From: Prasinococcaceae sp. CCMP 1430
Taxonomy: Eukaryota > Plantae > Prasinodermophyta
Reading direction: 5' to 3'
NCBI GenBank assembly: GCA_013416795.1
Contig: RQSC01000002.1
Location: forward strand, 348,603 to 412,602
DNA: 64,000 bases
Every line of letters starts with the position of its first letter. Position 1 is the stretch's first letter. This document shows positions 53,383 to 64,000 of this stretch, one piece after another. Position numbers and translations under genes: made by a program. Under the pieces are notes generated by a model. It worked only from the letters and a program-made list of their open reading frames with translations. It had not been told where the DNA came from and did not search any database.

Positions 53383-54158
53383 GCAAGGCTGCGGGGTACG
53401 CCGTCGGCGACAAGGTGGCCTACTCCATCCTGCAGACGTACTCCGAGTTCGCCGCGGTGCCCACGGGGAAGCTCATGCCCGTGCCCGAGGGTCTCGGGAT
53501 GGACGTCGCCGCGTGCGTGCCCGTGCAGGTGAGCGGCGCGCGCGACGCGACGTTGCGCCCGCCGGCGGCGTCTCCCTCGGCGCGCGCTCAGTGCGCGCGG
53601 GCGAATGCGTGCGTGTGTGTGTGCGCGCGCGCGTGCGTGTGTGTTTGTGTTTGTGTGTGTGTGTGTATTTGTGTGTATGTGTGTGTGTGTGTGTGTGTGC
53701 GCGCGCGCTCGCGTGCGCGTGCAGGCGTGCCGTGGCGTCCTCCGCCTGCGTCCGTTTGCGTGGTGCGTTCGCCCCCCCTCTGACACAATCAATCAACCCT
53801 TTTCTCTCTCTCCCTCATACACACACACACACACGCACACGCGCGCACACGCACACACACACACACGCGCGCACACACATGCGCACGCCCACACGCACAC
53901 GCGTGCGCACACCCACGCGCTCGCAGGGCCTGACGGCGCACTACCTGACCACTGACGCGCACGCGGGCCTGTGCAAGCCCGGCGACTGGATGCTGATCCA
54001 CGGCGTGGGCGGCGGCACGTGCCAGTGGGCGGCGCAGATGGCCAAGATTCAAGGGTACAAGGTGAGCACGCGGGCCGCGCGCACGCGCGGGCGCACGCGC
54101 GAGCGCGGTGACGCGCACTCGCGCGCGTGAGAGGGGATACACACACGCACGCACGCAC

Positions 54159-54198
<40 letters not shown>

Positions 54199-55049
54199 GC
54201 ACACACACACTTACACACGCACGCACGCACACGCACGCGCACACCAACACACCAACACCGACGCCACTCGCGCACGCTCAAGGTGATCGGCACGACGTCC
54301 GAGGCGAAGCGCGAGGTGGCCGAGGCCACCGGCTGCGACGAGCTGATCGTGCTGAAGAACGCGCCCGGCGCGACGTTCGAGGACTACTCTTCGGTGGACG
54401 TGGCGGCGCGCGTGATGGAGGTCACGGGCGGCGCGGGCGCCAAGGCGGTGATCGACGGCATCGGCCTTGCGACGTGGGAGATCTCGCTGGCGAGCCTGGG
54501 CAGGCGCGGCATCTTCGTCTCCTTCGGCAACGCCAGCGGCACGGTGCCCGCCTTCGAGCCGCTCAAGCTCATCGGCAAGTCGCTCTTCATGACGCGGCCC
54601 AAGCTGCTCGACTACGTGCCCGACGTGCCCTCGATGAGGGCGCGCTCCGAGGAGGTCTTCGGCTGGATCAAGGAGGGCAAGCTCAAGGTGGGCGTCGACC
54701 GCAGCTTCAAGCTCGACGACGCCGCGGACGGGCACAAGTACCTCGAGTCGGGCGCGTCCACCGGAAAGGTGCTCTACCAGATCAAGTAGGGCCAAGAAGG
54801 CGCGAGGGCGCGCGAGGGCGCGTGTGCGCGCGCACACGCGCGCGCGTGTGTGTGTGTGCACGCACGCGCGCGCGCGTGTGTGTGTGTGCACGCACGCGCA
54901 CGCGCGCGCACACACGCGGCCACCGCCTGAAGACAGCACATTGATTGATTGAATTTGCTCGAGTGAGAGAGCGGCCGAGACGCGCGCGCGTGCGAGCGCA
55001 CGCGCAAGCACACGCGCTCGCGGTGTGCTGCGTGTGCGTGCGTGCGTGT

Positions 55050-55082
<33 letters not shown>

Positions 55083-55600
55083 CTGTGTGTGTGTGCTGTG
55101 TGTGTGTGTCCTGTGTGTGTGTGTGTGTGCGCGCGCGCGTACGACGTACCGTGTGTGTGTGTGTGTGTGTGTGCTGTGTGTGTGTGTCCTGTGTGTGTGT
55201 GTGTGCGCGCGCGCGTACGACGTACCGTGTGTGTGTGTGTGTGTGTGTGTACGCGTGTGTGTGCGTGTGTGGGTACGTGCACGCGCGCGCGTGTGTGTGC
55301 GTGTGAGATGTGGACAAAAGTGAGCATCTGCACGCCCAAGCGCCGCGCCGCGCAGTCTGCCTCCCGCCCGCGGCGTCCGACGTGGATAAACAGACTTTTT
55401 TGGCGTTCCCCGCGCAAGCAGGTCACACGGCGCGCACGCGCCTCGCCCCCCCCCCCTCCTTCCCCCCTTCCACCACACACACACACACACACACGCACAC
55501 ACACACACACACGCACACGCCCACAAGCACACAGCACACACAGCACACGCACACGCGCACGCGCAAACACACACGCGCATCCCCAAGCAAACACACACCT
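52745..55600. repeat. Dense (CA/GT)n microsatellite field in and around qor, including a duplicated unit of about 75 bp near 55090-55250
   Basis: CA/GT tracts fill all qor introns; gcgcgcgcgcgtacgacgtaccgtgtg occurs twice. Confidence 0.9.
52931..54789 (+). CDS. qor: NADPH:quinone oxidoreductase (zeta-crystallin/Qor, MDR family), 4 exons
   Basis: AGINFIDTYHRKGLY, GQEGSG / GYAVGDKVAY / QGLTAHYL...LIHGVGGGTCQWAAQMAK / FVSFGNASG...STGKVL. Confidence 0.93.
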
Positions 55601-55610
55601 GTCGTTTGTN

Positions 55611-56990
55611 CGAGGCCGCGCTGGCCGACTCGCGCGCCGCCGCTGCGGAGAACGCCGCCTCCGCCGCCAGGCTCGAGGCCGCGCTCGCGGACGAGAGCGC
55701 GCGCGCCAAGGAGCTCGAGCGCGAGGTGGACGGCTCGCGCGCGGCGCTCGCCGAGGCGAGCGTGGAGCTCGAGGCGCGGCGCGAGGCCGCCGAGGGCGCC
55801 GAGGCGCGCTGCGTGCGCCTGAGCGCCGAGATGGACGGCCTCGTGGCGCGGTGGATGCGCGAGAAGGAGGCCGCCGCCGACAAGCTCAACGCGGCCAACG
55901 AGGTGTACGAGGACGTCGTGCGCAACGCCAAGAGCCTCGAGCTGCACGCGCAGGCGGTGCGCAGGACGTCGAGCGGCGGCGCCGCCGGCGCGCGGGGGGG
56001 GCTCGCGCCGATGTCGCTGCTCGAGGCGGCGGCCGCGCGCGGCAACGCCAACGCGGCTGGAAATGGTATAGTACACCCTCATTCAGCGATGGTAGGTAGG
56101 GGGACGCCGCGCACGAGGGCGGCGCGCACGCGCTCGCCTACGCGCCCTCGGGCGAGAAGGTGTTCACGGGCGGCGCGGACCGCGCCGTGCGCGCGTGGGA
56201 CGCCGCCAGCGGCGCGTGCTCCGCGCTGGGGACCCTCTCCGGCGCCAACGCGACCGTGCTGGGGCTCGCGGCGAGCGCCGACGGGAAGCTGCTGCTGGGC
56301 GCATCGGCCGACAAGTCGCTGCGCCTGTGGGACATGCACACGGGCCGCCTGCGGCAGACCATGACGGGGCACGGCGACCGCGTCGTGGGCTGCGCGCTGC
56401 ACCCCGCGGACGCCGCGCTCGCCGCGAGCGCGGGGAAGGACCGCGTCGTCAAGCTGTGGGACCTGCACAAGGGGCTGTGCAAACGCAGCCTGCTCGTCGC
56501 GAGCAACGTCACCAGCGTGGCGTTCTCCGCGGACGGCGGAGCGGTGCTGTCCGGCCACCTGGACGGCTCGCTGCGGATATGGGACCCGCGCACGGGCCAC
56601 AGCGCCGGCGAGATCGCCGGCCTGCACGCGGCGGCGGTGGCGGGCGTGTGCGTGGACCCCACGCGCCCCAGCGAGGCCTTCACGCTCGGCCGCGACGGCG
56701 CGCTCAAGCGCGTGGACTGTCGGAGCACCTTCGAGGCGCTCGCCACGTACACCGCGCCGGGCTTTCGGGTGGGGCTCAACGAGTCCATGCCCGCGGTGGC
56801 GCCGGGGGGGGCGCTCGTCGCGGCCGGCGGCGCCGATGGCAACGTCTGCACCTGGGACGTGGCCACCGGCCGCCTGGAGCACCGCACGGCCAAGGGCCAC
56901 GCCGGCGCGGTGGCGGCAGTCACCTGGAGCCCCGCCGCCGGCCCGTTCTGCTCCGTGGACAAGACCGGCACTCTCATGATGTGGGAGTGA
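55611..56990 (+). CDS. ATG16: ATG16 (coiled coil + WD40); frame break near 56065-56102; 5' end unresolved
   Basis: LVARWMREKEAAADKLNAANEVYE (ATG16 coiled-coil end) followed by WD40 repeats AHEGGAHALAY...GGADRAVRAWD...GHGDRV...AGGADGNVCTWD. Confidence 0.82.
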
Positions 56991-57090
56991 CGCCGAGCGC
57001 GCGCGCGCGCGCGTGCGCGCGTGCGCGACGCTGTTGTAAAGAAATCAGTTGTTACCGCGGGCGCGCGCGCGCGCGCGCGGCGCGTGTCCG

Positions 57091-59600
57091 TTAAGGGCGT
57101 GCGGACTGCGTGGCCACGCCGTCGGCGCAACCGTCGCCGAGCTGCGCAGCTGCGGGCCTGAGGGCCCGAAACACCGACGCGAGCTCCTCGCATCGCATCG
57201 CGCCAGTCGGGCCCACGCGCGCCACAGCGGCGCTCAGCGCCTTCGAGAGACGCGCGAGGTCCTCCTCCTCGCGCGCGTACCGCGGCAGCGAGTCCAGCAG
57301 TGCGCTGAACGCCTGTGGCAGCAGCGACGAGCGGCGCATTGGTGTGCCCGTTGGGCCGGCGGTGGGTGCACCTTCCAGAGCGTGCTCGTAAGAGCGCGCG
57401 GGCGAGGCATCGCGCGCTGATGCTCTCCCCTCAGGTGCCTCCTCTGCATCGTTGCCTGCACCCGCCTCGTGGAGCCGCGCTCCCTCGCCGCGCGCGAACG
57501 ATGGCACAGGTGGGCTGACTGGCCCGTCTGGCAGCGCCGCGATGAGGGTCGAGAATACGTGCTCGTACATCTGCTGGGGCGGAAGAGCGTCCTCTGCCTC
57601 CGACGGCAACGACGCAGTGAGCGTCCGGAAAGCGTTGGCGATGGGCCCCGTTCCACCAGCGGGTGAACCCCTCGCACGCTTTGCGACGGGCCTTCCCTCG
57701 TCCGGCTCAGCGCCCGCGTCCTCCTGCGAAGATGGCGCGTCCATGATCGCCGCAGGGCAGAGCGGCGTCGCCGTCGCCGGCACCGCCACCTTTGTTTTGG
57801 CGTGGCCAGAAGGCACTGGGGAAGGCGTAAGGCCGTCGCGAAGACCACGCACTCGCTTGCTCATCGAACGTCCGCGGACGCGCGTTGGCACGCTCGGCGG
57901 GACAGCCACGGCAGAGGCTGCGACAGCGGTGGCCGCCGCCGCCGCGGCGGCCCGCGCTGCCGCGGCATCGGCTTCGGCTGCAACGTCCGAGCCAGGGCAC
58001 TCCGTCGCCTCCTGCTGAGTTTCTGGCACAGACTCATGGTCGAGCGTGGCGTGCACGACGTCCTCTGACGCAGTTGCGGGCAGCGTCGCCGGCACGACCT
58101 GGGACTCTCTCGGCGCGGGCGGCATTCCCACCGACGCTTGCGTCGGGTAGCGAGGAGGCGCGTCGAACGCTGCAGACACCAACGCCTGGACTTGCGTGTG
58201 CTCCGCGTTCGACTCGGGCATGGGGATTGTCTCCGGCACCGCCTCGAGGCTTCGCACCTGCAGAAGAGTCTCCGGTATCGGCTCCGGGTCGTGGCCAGCG
58301 CCTTCGCCAACACCAGGATCGTCGGCACAGGCCGAAGCTGTTGCTGGCTCGGGCGCCTGCGCGCTCTCAGCGCTCCCTCTCGCCGCTGTCACGGGAAGGG
58401 GTCCACCCGACGCGGGCTCTGCTGCGCCGTCGGTCGCCGGGTCTGCCTCTTGCTCAGGCGGACGCTCGCTGCCGTGCGTTTCTGGGCTGCTGCCGTCGTC
58501 CTGCTGCGACGGCACTGGCGCGGCGAACGCCGCGCCCCACTCTTGGGACTCGAGCATGCTCTGTGACTGCAACACCTCTGAGCATCGCAGCGACGGCGCG
58601 GCTGGCATTCGCTGTTGCTCTCTCTCGCGGCGCGCTGGCACGACCTCTGCGCTCTCTGGCAGGAGGCCCTCGCTGGCTGGCCCCTTGATGGCGCGATCCG
58701 GGGAAGAGCGCTCTGCCGGAGGCGCCTGCTTCGGCTGGAGCAGCCCCTCCTCATGCGCGCGCTGGGCGGAGGCCTGCGCGCCCCCGTTCTCCTGCTGGGG
58801 CGCGTCATCCTGGCTCAGATCCCATTCGCTCCCCTGCGTTTGCTCGCCGGTGTCGCGACGATCGGCCGCTTCGGACGCCACGAAGTCGTATTCGTCGCAG
58901 CCGGTCGCGGCGCGCGCGTTGCGCATCCGCTCGGCGGCGCTCACACACTGCGAACCCCACTCCGGCGCGGCGTTGAGCACAGCGCGCGCCTCTTCTGCGT
59001 TGATCACGTCGTGGAGGACCTCCGGCGAGGACGGCACCTTGTCGTCGTCGCTCCCAGCCGTAGCGTCGTCGATGCGGGCGCCCCCCTCCGCGCGCGAGGC
59101 GCGCGACGCGCCCGCCGTGGCGGCCTGCGAGGCATGCTCGCCGCCCTTGACCGAGCCGTCGACGTCAGCTCCGCCGTGAGAGCCAACGCCCGCGCCTTCC
59201 AATGGCGCGGGCGACGGCTCGCACTCGCGTACGACCGGTGCAGAGTGTTGCCCTTGCTGCTGGCGCTGCTGCTGGGGCTGCTGCTGCTGGGGCTGCTGCT
59301 GCTGGGGCTGCTGCTGCTGGTGATGCTGCTGCTGGGGCTGCTGCTGCTCGGGCTGCTGCTGCTGGTGATGCTGCTGCTGGGGCTGCTGCTGCTGGGGCTG
59401 GTGCTGCTGCTGCTGGTGGTCATGCTGCTGCTGCTGCTCCTGCACTGGCCCCTGCTCTAGGCGCGGCACCTGCGTCTGCTGGATCGGCATTGCCCCGAGC
59501 CCTTCCTGCGCGGCATCGGGGTCGGTCTCGTCGCGCACGGGCGCGTTTGCCAACGCGGCGCCTGGCGGCACGGACGCCGCGCCCTCGGCGCTGGCGATCG
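57091..59600 (-). CDS. Large intrinsically disordered Gln-rich, SQ/TQ-rich hypothetical protein (5' end unresolved)
   Basis: Stop-free frame over 2.5 kb with a polyQ tract and repeated VPET/IPET and SQ/TQ motifs. Family not recognised. Confidence 0.6.
59255..59440 (-). repeat. Coding (CAG)n polyQ/QQP repeat
   Basis: Imperfect ctgctgctggggctg repeats on the + strand. Confidence 0.9.
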
Positions 59601-59619
59601 CAGCGCCTGGGGCCGCGAC

Positions 59620-59900
59620 CAGCGCGGCGGGCGCGGCCGCCGCGGTGGGCGCGTCGAGCCACGTGCGTGCGCGGACCGGCGCGGAGCGGCGCGCAGCGTA
59701 CAGCCGCGAGCGCGCGCGTGTGCACGCCTGTGTCGCTGCTGCGTGTCTCTGATGCCCTTCCCTCTCCCTCCCTTCCCCACGCCGCCGGTGCCCGCGCAGC
59801 TTGACATGCTCAATGATGCGCCGCGCAACGCCGCGTATGCGGCGGCCCTGCGTGCGGCCGTCGAGCGCGCTGCCGCGCGGGCTGCCGCACGCGGCGGCGA
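59620..59900 (+). pseudogene. PRMT7: Short spliced fragment of PRMT7-like arginine methyltransferase
   Basis: VGASSH, then a GTGCGT...CAG intron (about 59663-59800), then LDMLNDAPRNAAYAAALRAAV; resembles the PRMT7 N-terminal T(S/T)YLDMLND..RN.AY motif. No SAM-binding domain follows. Confidence 0.55.
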
Positions 59901-62900
59901 TGGCGGCAGCCGCCTCCCCCGCGGCGCCAGCGGACGAGTTCAAGCTGAGCGAGGCGGAACAGAAAGAGTTCGACGCCGTCTCGTACGATGCCATCCAGGA
60001 GATCGCCGACGTGGGCAAGCTGCAGCGGCTCGAGCGCTACATGCGCGCCGAGGGGTTCGGCCCGACGGCCGACGCGGCGCTCGCGAGGCTGCGCGCGCTC
60101 GGCGCCGACGCTGTCGACACCTTCGCGCTCAGCCAGCGCGTGACGTCGACGGCGGACCGGGAGGCCACGGGCGTGCTGGAGGAGCTGCGCAGGTGGGAGG
60201 CGGACGCGAAGCGAAACGATTCCGCGCTCAACGCGAGCGAGGCCGGCGCGCGGGACGCCGGCGCAGCGCCCGTGCGCACGATCGTCAGGCCGACCGTGTC
60301 GCACACGCCACTGCCCGCGGAGAGCGAGGCGGACGAGCGGACGAATGACAAGAAGGGCCAGATTCAGGGCGGAAAGGATTACTTCGACCGCTGGGACAAG
60401 TTCGCGAAGGATGAGGTGAGCAAGGTCGAGGCCGACGACGAGCGCGAGGCCAGGGAGGCCGCGGAGCGCCTCGCGGGAAAGCGCAAGGCCGCCGCGGCCG
60501 CAGCGGCCAGAGCCGATTCCGCGGGCGCCGAGGCGCTCGGCGAGAGCGCGTTCGCCGCCGCGGTCGCTTCGGCCGCGGCGATGAGCCCGCAGGAGGCCGC
60601 CTTTGCCGGCGACGCTGAGAAGGACAAGGGCAACGAGGAGTTCAGGGCCAGGGAGTTCTCCGCGGCCGTTCGTTGCTACACCCTCAGCCTGCTGTACAAA
60701 CCAGGCGTGGCGGCGACGCACTGCAACCGCGCGGCGGCGTACCTCAAGCTCAAACGCTACGAGGACGTCGTCACCGACTGCAACTCTGCGCTGTCCTTCC
60801 AGCCTGGCTATGTGAAGGCGTTCAGCCGGCGGGGTGCGGCTTACCTAGAGCTAGGCAAGCCCGCGGAGGCGCTCGCCGACCTGCGGGCTGCCGCCGCCGC
60901 GCACCCCAGCGCCGAGCTGAGCCGTCTCATTGACCGCGCGGCGCGGGAGCATGAGCAGGAGCTTGAGAAGAAAGGTCTCAATCGCAAGACGCGCATAATG
61001 ATTGCGGAGGACAGCGACAGCGATGAGGATGCTGACGGTGCGAGGGCAAGCACCTCCACTGCAGCAGCCGCGCAGGGCCGCACAAAGCTGGTGATTGAGG
61101 AGGACGGCAGCGAGAGTGACGGCGAGCCGCAGCCTGCGCGGGCTACTGGAGCGACTCAGCGCACCAAGCTGGTCATTGAAGAGGAGAGCGATGACGAGGA
61201 GGGGGGGCAGGAGAGTGCCGAAGTGCTCTCTGAGCGCGAGCGGGAGCGCGGGAACGCGCTCTTCAAGGAGGGCAAGCTGGAGGCGGCGCTCGACGCATAT
61301 ACTGCGTCCGCGTCGCACAAGCCCACGGCAGCCGCGCACGCCAACGCTGCACTCGTGCTCCTGAGGCTGCACCGCGCGGCGGAGGCGGAGGCGCAGGCGA
61401 CGAGGGCTTTACAAAGCGAGTCTGGACATGTCAAGGCTCTCCATCGCCGCGCAAGCGCGCGACACATGCTGAACGACCTGGATGGAGCCGCTGCTGACTA
61501 CAAGGTGGTGGTGAAGGCCCTCCCAAATGAGCCGACCGTCAGAAAAGAGGCAAAAGCTGTCGAGAGAGCGATTGACCTGCGCGACTTGAAGGCGAATGGC
61601 ACGTCGCGCCTCATGGAAATGCGAAAAGGGCCCATGGTGATTGAGGAGCTCGAAGAGGACGAAGACAAGGAGGACGTCGTTCCGCCGCCACGACCTGCCC
61701 CGACACCCGCTGCACCAAAGCCCGAGCCAACGCCGAAACCCCGACCAAAGCCGGAGCCTGAATCTAACCCGGCGTCGGCACCCATGCGCGAGCAAGAGGC
61801 GGCGGGGACCAAGCCAGCGCAAGCGTCGGCCATGCCCGTGGAGCCAACGCCCGCGGAGAACTCGACTCCCACTCGAGGGGGACACGATACATCGGCTGCC
61901 GCTGAGAGGAAGGTCCAGGCAAAGGTGCACCAAGAGCTCGGCAACCGGCACTTCCGTGAGAAACGCCTCAAGGAAGCGGTCGAGTGCTACACGACCAGCC
62001 TGCAGCTCGCGCCTACCGCGGCGGTGCACTCTAACCGTGCGCTGTGCCGCATGAACCTAGGGGATGCGCGAGGCTGCGCCGAGGATTGCGATGCGGCGCT
62101 CGAGCTCGATTCGGGCTACGTCAAGGCGTTGCATCGCCGCTCAAACGCGCGCATGCAGCTCGGTGACGCTTTGGGAGCGTTGGCTGACCTACGAATGGTG
62201 GAGAAAGAGCTTCCAAACAATGCAAAAGTCAAGCGCGAGCTCTCGGCGGCCGAGGCGGCGGTGGCGGCGATGGATGTGGGAGGCGCCCAAGGGAGCGTGG
62301 ATCGGCAAAAGATCCCCACCACCGAAGTGGCGCAATTCGATGACGAGGGGGTAAAGCACAGGCCGCAGGCGGCCGCGCCGGCCGAGGTCGAGGCGCAGGA
62401 AGATGACAGCACCCGGGCAGCGCGGGCGCCGCTAGTTGCGGCGCGCGAGGAGGAACACTCTGGGACAAAACAGGTGATAGCGGAAGAGGTGGTGGAGACG
62501 GTGGCAGCCGCAACAAAGCTGGCGCCCACCACAACCCCCGCGTCGGCACGAGCGGGGCCCGCGCGCACGCCTTCGCCAACCGCGGCTGCTGCAGCTGCGA
62601 AGGCTGCTGGTGCCGCGCGTGCGGCTGCCATGACCCCGCCACGCACGCCAACCGACTTCGAGCGAAGCATGGCTACTCTGCGCGACGACCCAAAGACTGC
62701 GCAAGAGTTCGTGCTGAGCATCCCCCCCGACGCCTACAAGCAGCTGTTCCGCGACGCGCTGAGCGGCGCGGCGATCGCATCAGTGGCGGATGCGCATGGC
62801 GCAGCGTGCTCCGGTGAGCACGCTACGGGCGAGGTGGCGGCGGCTACTGCGGCGGCCGAGGCGCTCCTTGCGCTGTCCGCCGTGAATCGCTTCTCGATGG

Positions 62901-63022
62901 CGGTCATGCTGCTCGGCAAGGCCGAGAAGGCGCGCGTTAAGGCGGCAATAGATGCTGTCGCGGCAGCTGGCGCGGACGCTGAACGCATGTCGCTCGTGAG
63001 GCAGAGATACCGCATCAAGTAA
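59900..63022 (+). CDS. RPAP3/SPAG1-like HSP90 co-chaperone: three TPR clusters + RPAP3_C domain
   Basis: TPR groups beginning EKDKGNEEF, ERERGNALFK and HQELGNRHF; C-terminal PRTPTDFERS...FVLSIPPDAYKQLF...VNRFSMAVMLL. Confidence 0.85.
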   Translation: MAAAASPAAPADEFKLSEAEQKEFDAVSYDAIQEIADVGKLQRLERYMRAEGFGPTADAALARLRALGADAVDTFALSQRVTSTADREATGVLEELRRWEADAKRNDSALNASEAGARDAGAAPVRTIVRPTVSHTPLPAESEADERTNDKKGQIQGGKDYFDRWDKFAKDEVSKVEADDEREAREAAERLAGKRKAAAAAAARADSAGAEALGESAFAAAVASAAAMSPQEAAFAGDAEKDKGNEEFRAREFSAAVRCYTLSLLYKPGVAATHCNRAAAYLKLKRYEDVVTDCNSALSFQPGYVKAFSRRGAAYLELGKPAEALADLRAAAAAHPSAELSRLIDRAAREHEQELEKKGLNRKTRIMIAEDSDSDEDADGARASTSTAAAAQGRTKLVIEEDGSESDGEPQPARATGATQRTKLVIEEESDDEEGGQESAEVLSERERERGNALFKEGKLEAALDAYTASASHKPTAAAHANAALVLLRLHRAAEAEAQATRALQSESGHVKALHRRASARHMLNDLDGAAADYKVVVKALPNEPTVRKEAKAVERAIDLRDLKANGTSRLMEMRKGPMVIEELEEDEDKEDVVPPPRPAPTPAAPKPEPTPKPRPKPEPESNPASAPMREQEAAGTKPAQASAMPVEPTPAENSTPTRGGHDTSAAAERKVQAKVHQELGNRHFREKRLKEAVECYTTSLQLAPTAAVHSNRALCRMNLGDARGCAEDCDAALELDSGYVKALHRRSNARMQLGDALGALADLRMVEKELPNNAKVKRELSAAEAAVAAMDVGGAQGSVDRQKIPTTEVAQFDDEGVKHRPQAAAPAEVEAQEDDSTRAARAPLVAAREEEHSGTKQVIAEEVVETVAAATKLAPTTTPASARAGPARTPSPTAAAAAAKAAGAARAAAMTPPRTPTDFERSMATLRDDPKTAQEFVLSIPPDAYKQLFRDALSGAAIASVADAHGAACSGEHATGEVAAATAAAEALLALSAVNRFSMAVMLLGKAEKARVKAAIDAVAAAGADAERMSLVRQRYRIK

Positions 63023-63086
63023 TACTACAGTAGAGTAGCACACGCTAAACCCCATGTACACAGGCGCCGCGACGACGCAAAGCAGC

Positions 63087-64000
63087 TCAGCGCTGCCCCA
63101 CTACGGCGAGCGCGTCCTCCGGCACCCGATGGTCTTCCGCGCGGCATCCACACCGAGCGCAGAACTCGGTGAGGTCAATGCGGCCCAGACGAAGGCCCAC
63201 TGGCATCGCGAAGCGCTGCGCCTCAGCAATGCGCGGCGCCCAGTAGCCCGCGCACACTGTGAAGCGGTTGAGCTCATCGGTGGCCTTGGACATTCGCTTG
63301 GTGCATTCGGCACGTGGCACACCCTCGCCGTCCACCTGCAAGCGTGTGGGTGCGCCGGATATGTGAGCTTTGCAGCGCACGTCGCCAGACGCACATTGCA
63401 ATGCGAAAGCGCGTGCGGTGTGAGCGAGCGATCACGCACCTTGACACGTTGGAAAGGCTTTGGCGCGCCCAACGGGTGCTCCGCCTCTGCCGCACGGATT
63501 GCAGCGAGCACCGCGCGCTCCGCGAGGCGCTCATCGTCGTAAAAGCGCAGCTTGAGCTCCTCTTCGCGCACGTATTTGGCTTGCTCTGGCATCACGTAGG
63601 TTGGATCCTTGTGCATCTAGTCAATGTTGCGGCGCGGTCGCACGCGGGCAGCGGGTCAGTCGGCAAATGAGCGGATGCGTGCCCGGATGCACGCACGCGC
63701 CCGAGCGCGCGCCCGCATACGCCGGGCAGGTCCCTTCTCACCCTTTCAACATTCTTTCGCGACTCCTCCAGCTGTTCCTCGGAGGGGGGTGGCGGCATGT
63801 TCTTCATGAAGGCTCCTGGATTGTCGTCGTACTCCTCCCGCTGCCGATTGCGCTCAGCATCTTCGCTGGCAGCGCGCGCCTTTGCCTCCGCGAGGACCTT
63901 GTCGCGCTCCCTTTGCCGTTCGGAGGCGGAGGCGATAGCAGCGGCTACACGCGTGTCGGCCTCGCAGCGCGCCGCCGTCGCCGCGCCGCGCGAGGTTTTA
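63087..64000 (-). CDS. Hypothetical protein (partial, 3 exons visible) with C-terminal Cys/His cluster
   Basis: Exons ...KNMPPPP...KNVER / MHKDPTY...QRVK / VDGEG...CARCGCRAEDH...* joined by GT-AG introns. Confidence 0.55.

Noticed and set aside
2827-54282. Introner-like repeated introns
   Set aside because: The introns I compared share only donor, branch and microsatellite motifs, not body sequence.
36200-55600. Repeat arrays as CRISPR
   Set aside because: Simple dinucleotide microsatellites in a eukaryotic genome; no repeat-spacer structure and no cas genes.
57091-60018. 975 aa ORF starting at 60018
   Set aside because: Its first 100+ codons are antisense to the TPR gene and span the PRMT7-fragment intron, so the listed start is not credible.
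199-63809. Hundreds of overlapping Arg/Ala/Pro-rich or Cys-Val/His-Thr ORFs
   Set aside because: Shadow ORFs expected at this GC content, or translations of microsatellites; no domain signal.

Overview
Gene-dense, very GC-rich (roughly 70% by eye) nuclear DNA from a eukaryote with spliceosomal GT-AG introns. Gene content (canonical CDC25, WEE1, CCS1, BPG2, RVE8/LCL-type MYB, plastid bL17, RECX) points to an early-diverging, prasinophyte-grade green alga; this taxonomy is inferred. About 30 protein-coding genes or gene fragments are supported. No rRNA, tRNA or CRISPR array was found. There are four N gaps, several single Ns and many (CA/GT)n tracts. Main observations: (1) CDC25 and WEE1, the opposing regulators of CDK Tyr15, sit head-to-head about 1.1 kb apart; (2) 5.6 kb away is an F-box + CDK-like probable pseudokinase lacking the Gly-loop/Tyr15 and the DFG aspartate; (3) a spliced TPP1/Est3-like OB-fold protein; (4) an intron-containing, catalytically degenerate GxxExxY domain on a long eukaryotic N-terminus; (5) a recent ankyrin-MYND tandem duplication; (6) three gap-free junctions where an internal gene fragment (PUT transporter, CCS1, PRMT7) abuts an unrelated gene, which are either real chimeras or assembly collapses. 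All family assignments come from motif recognition by eye; no database searches were run.
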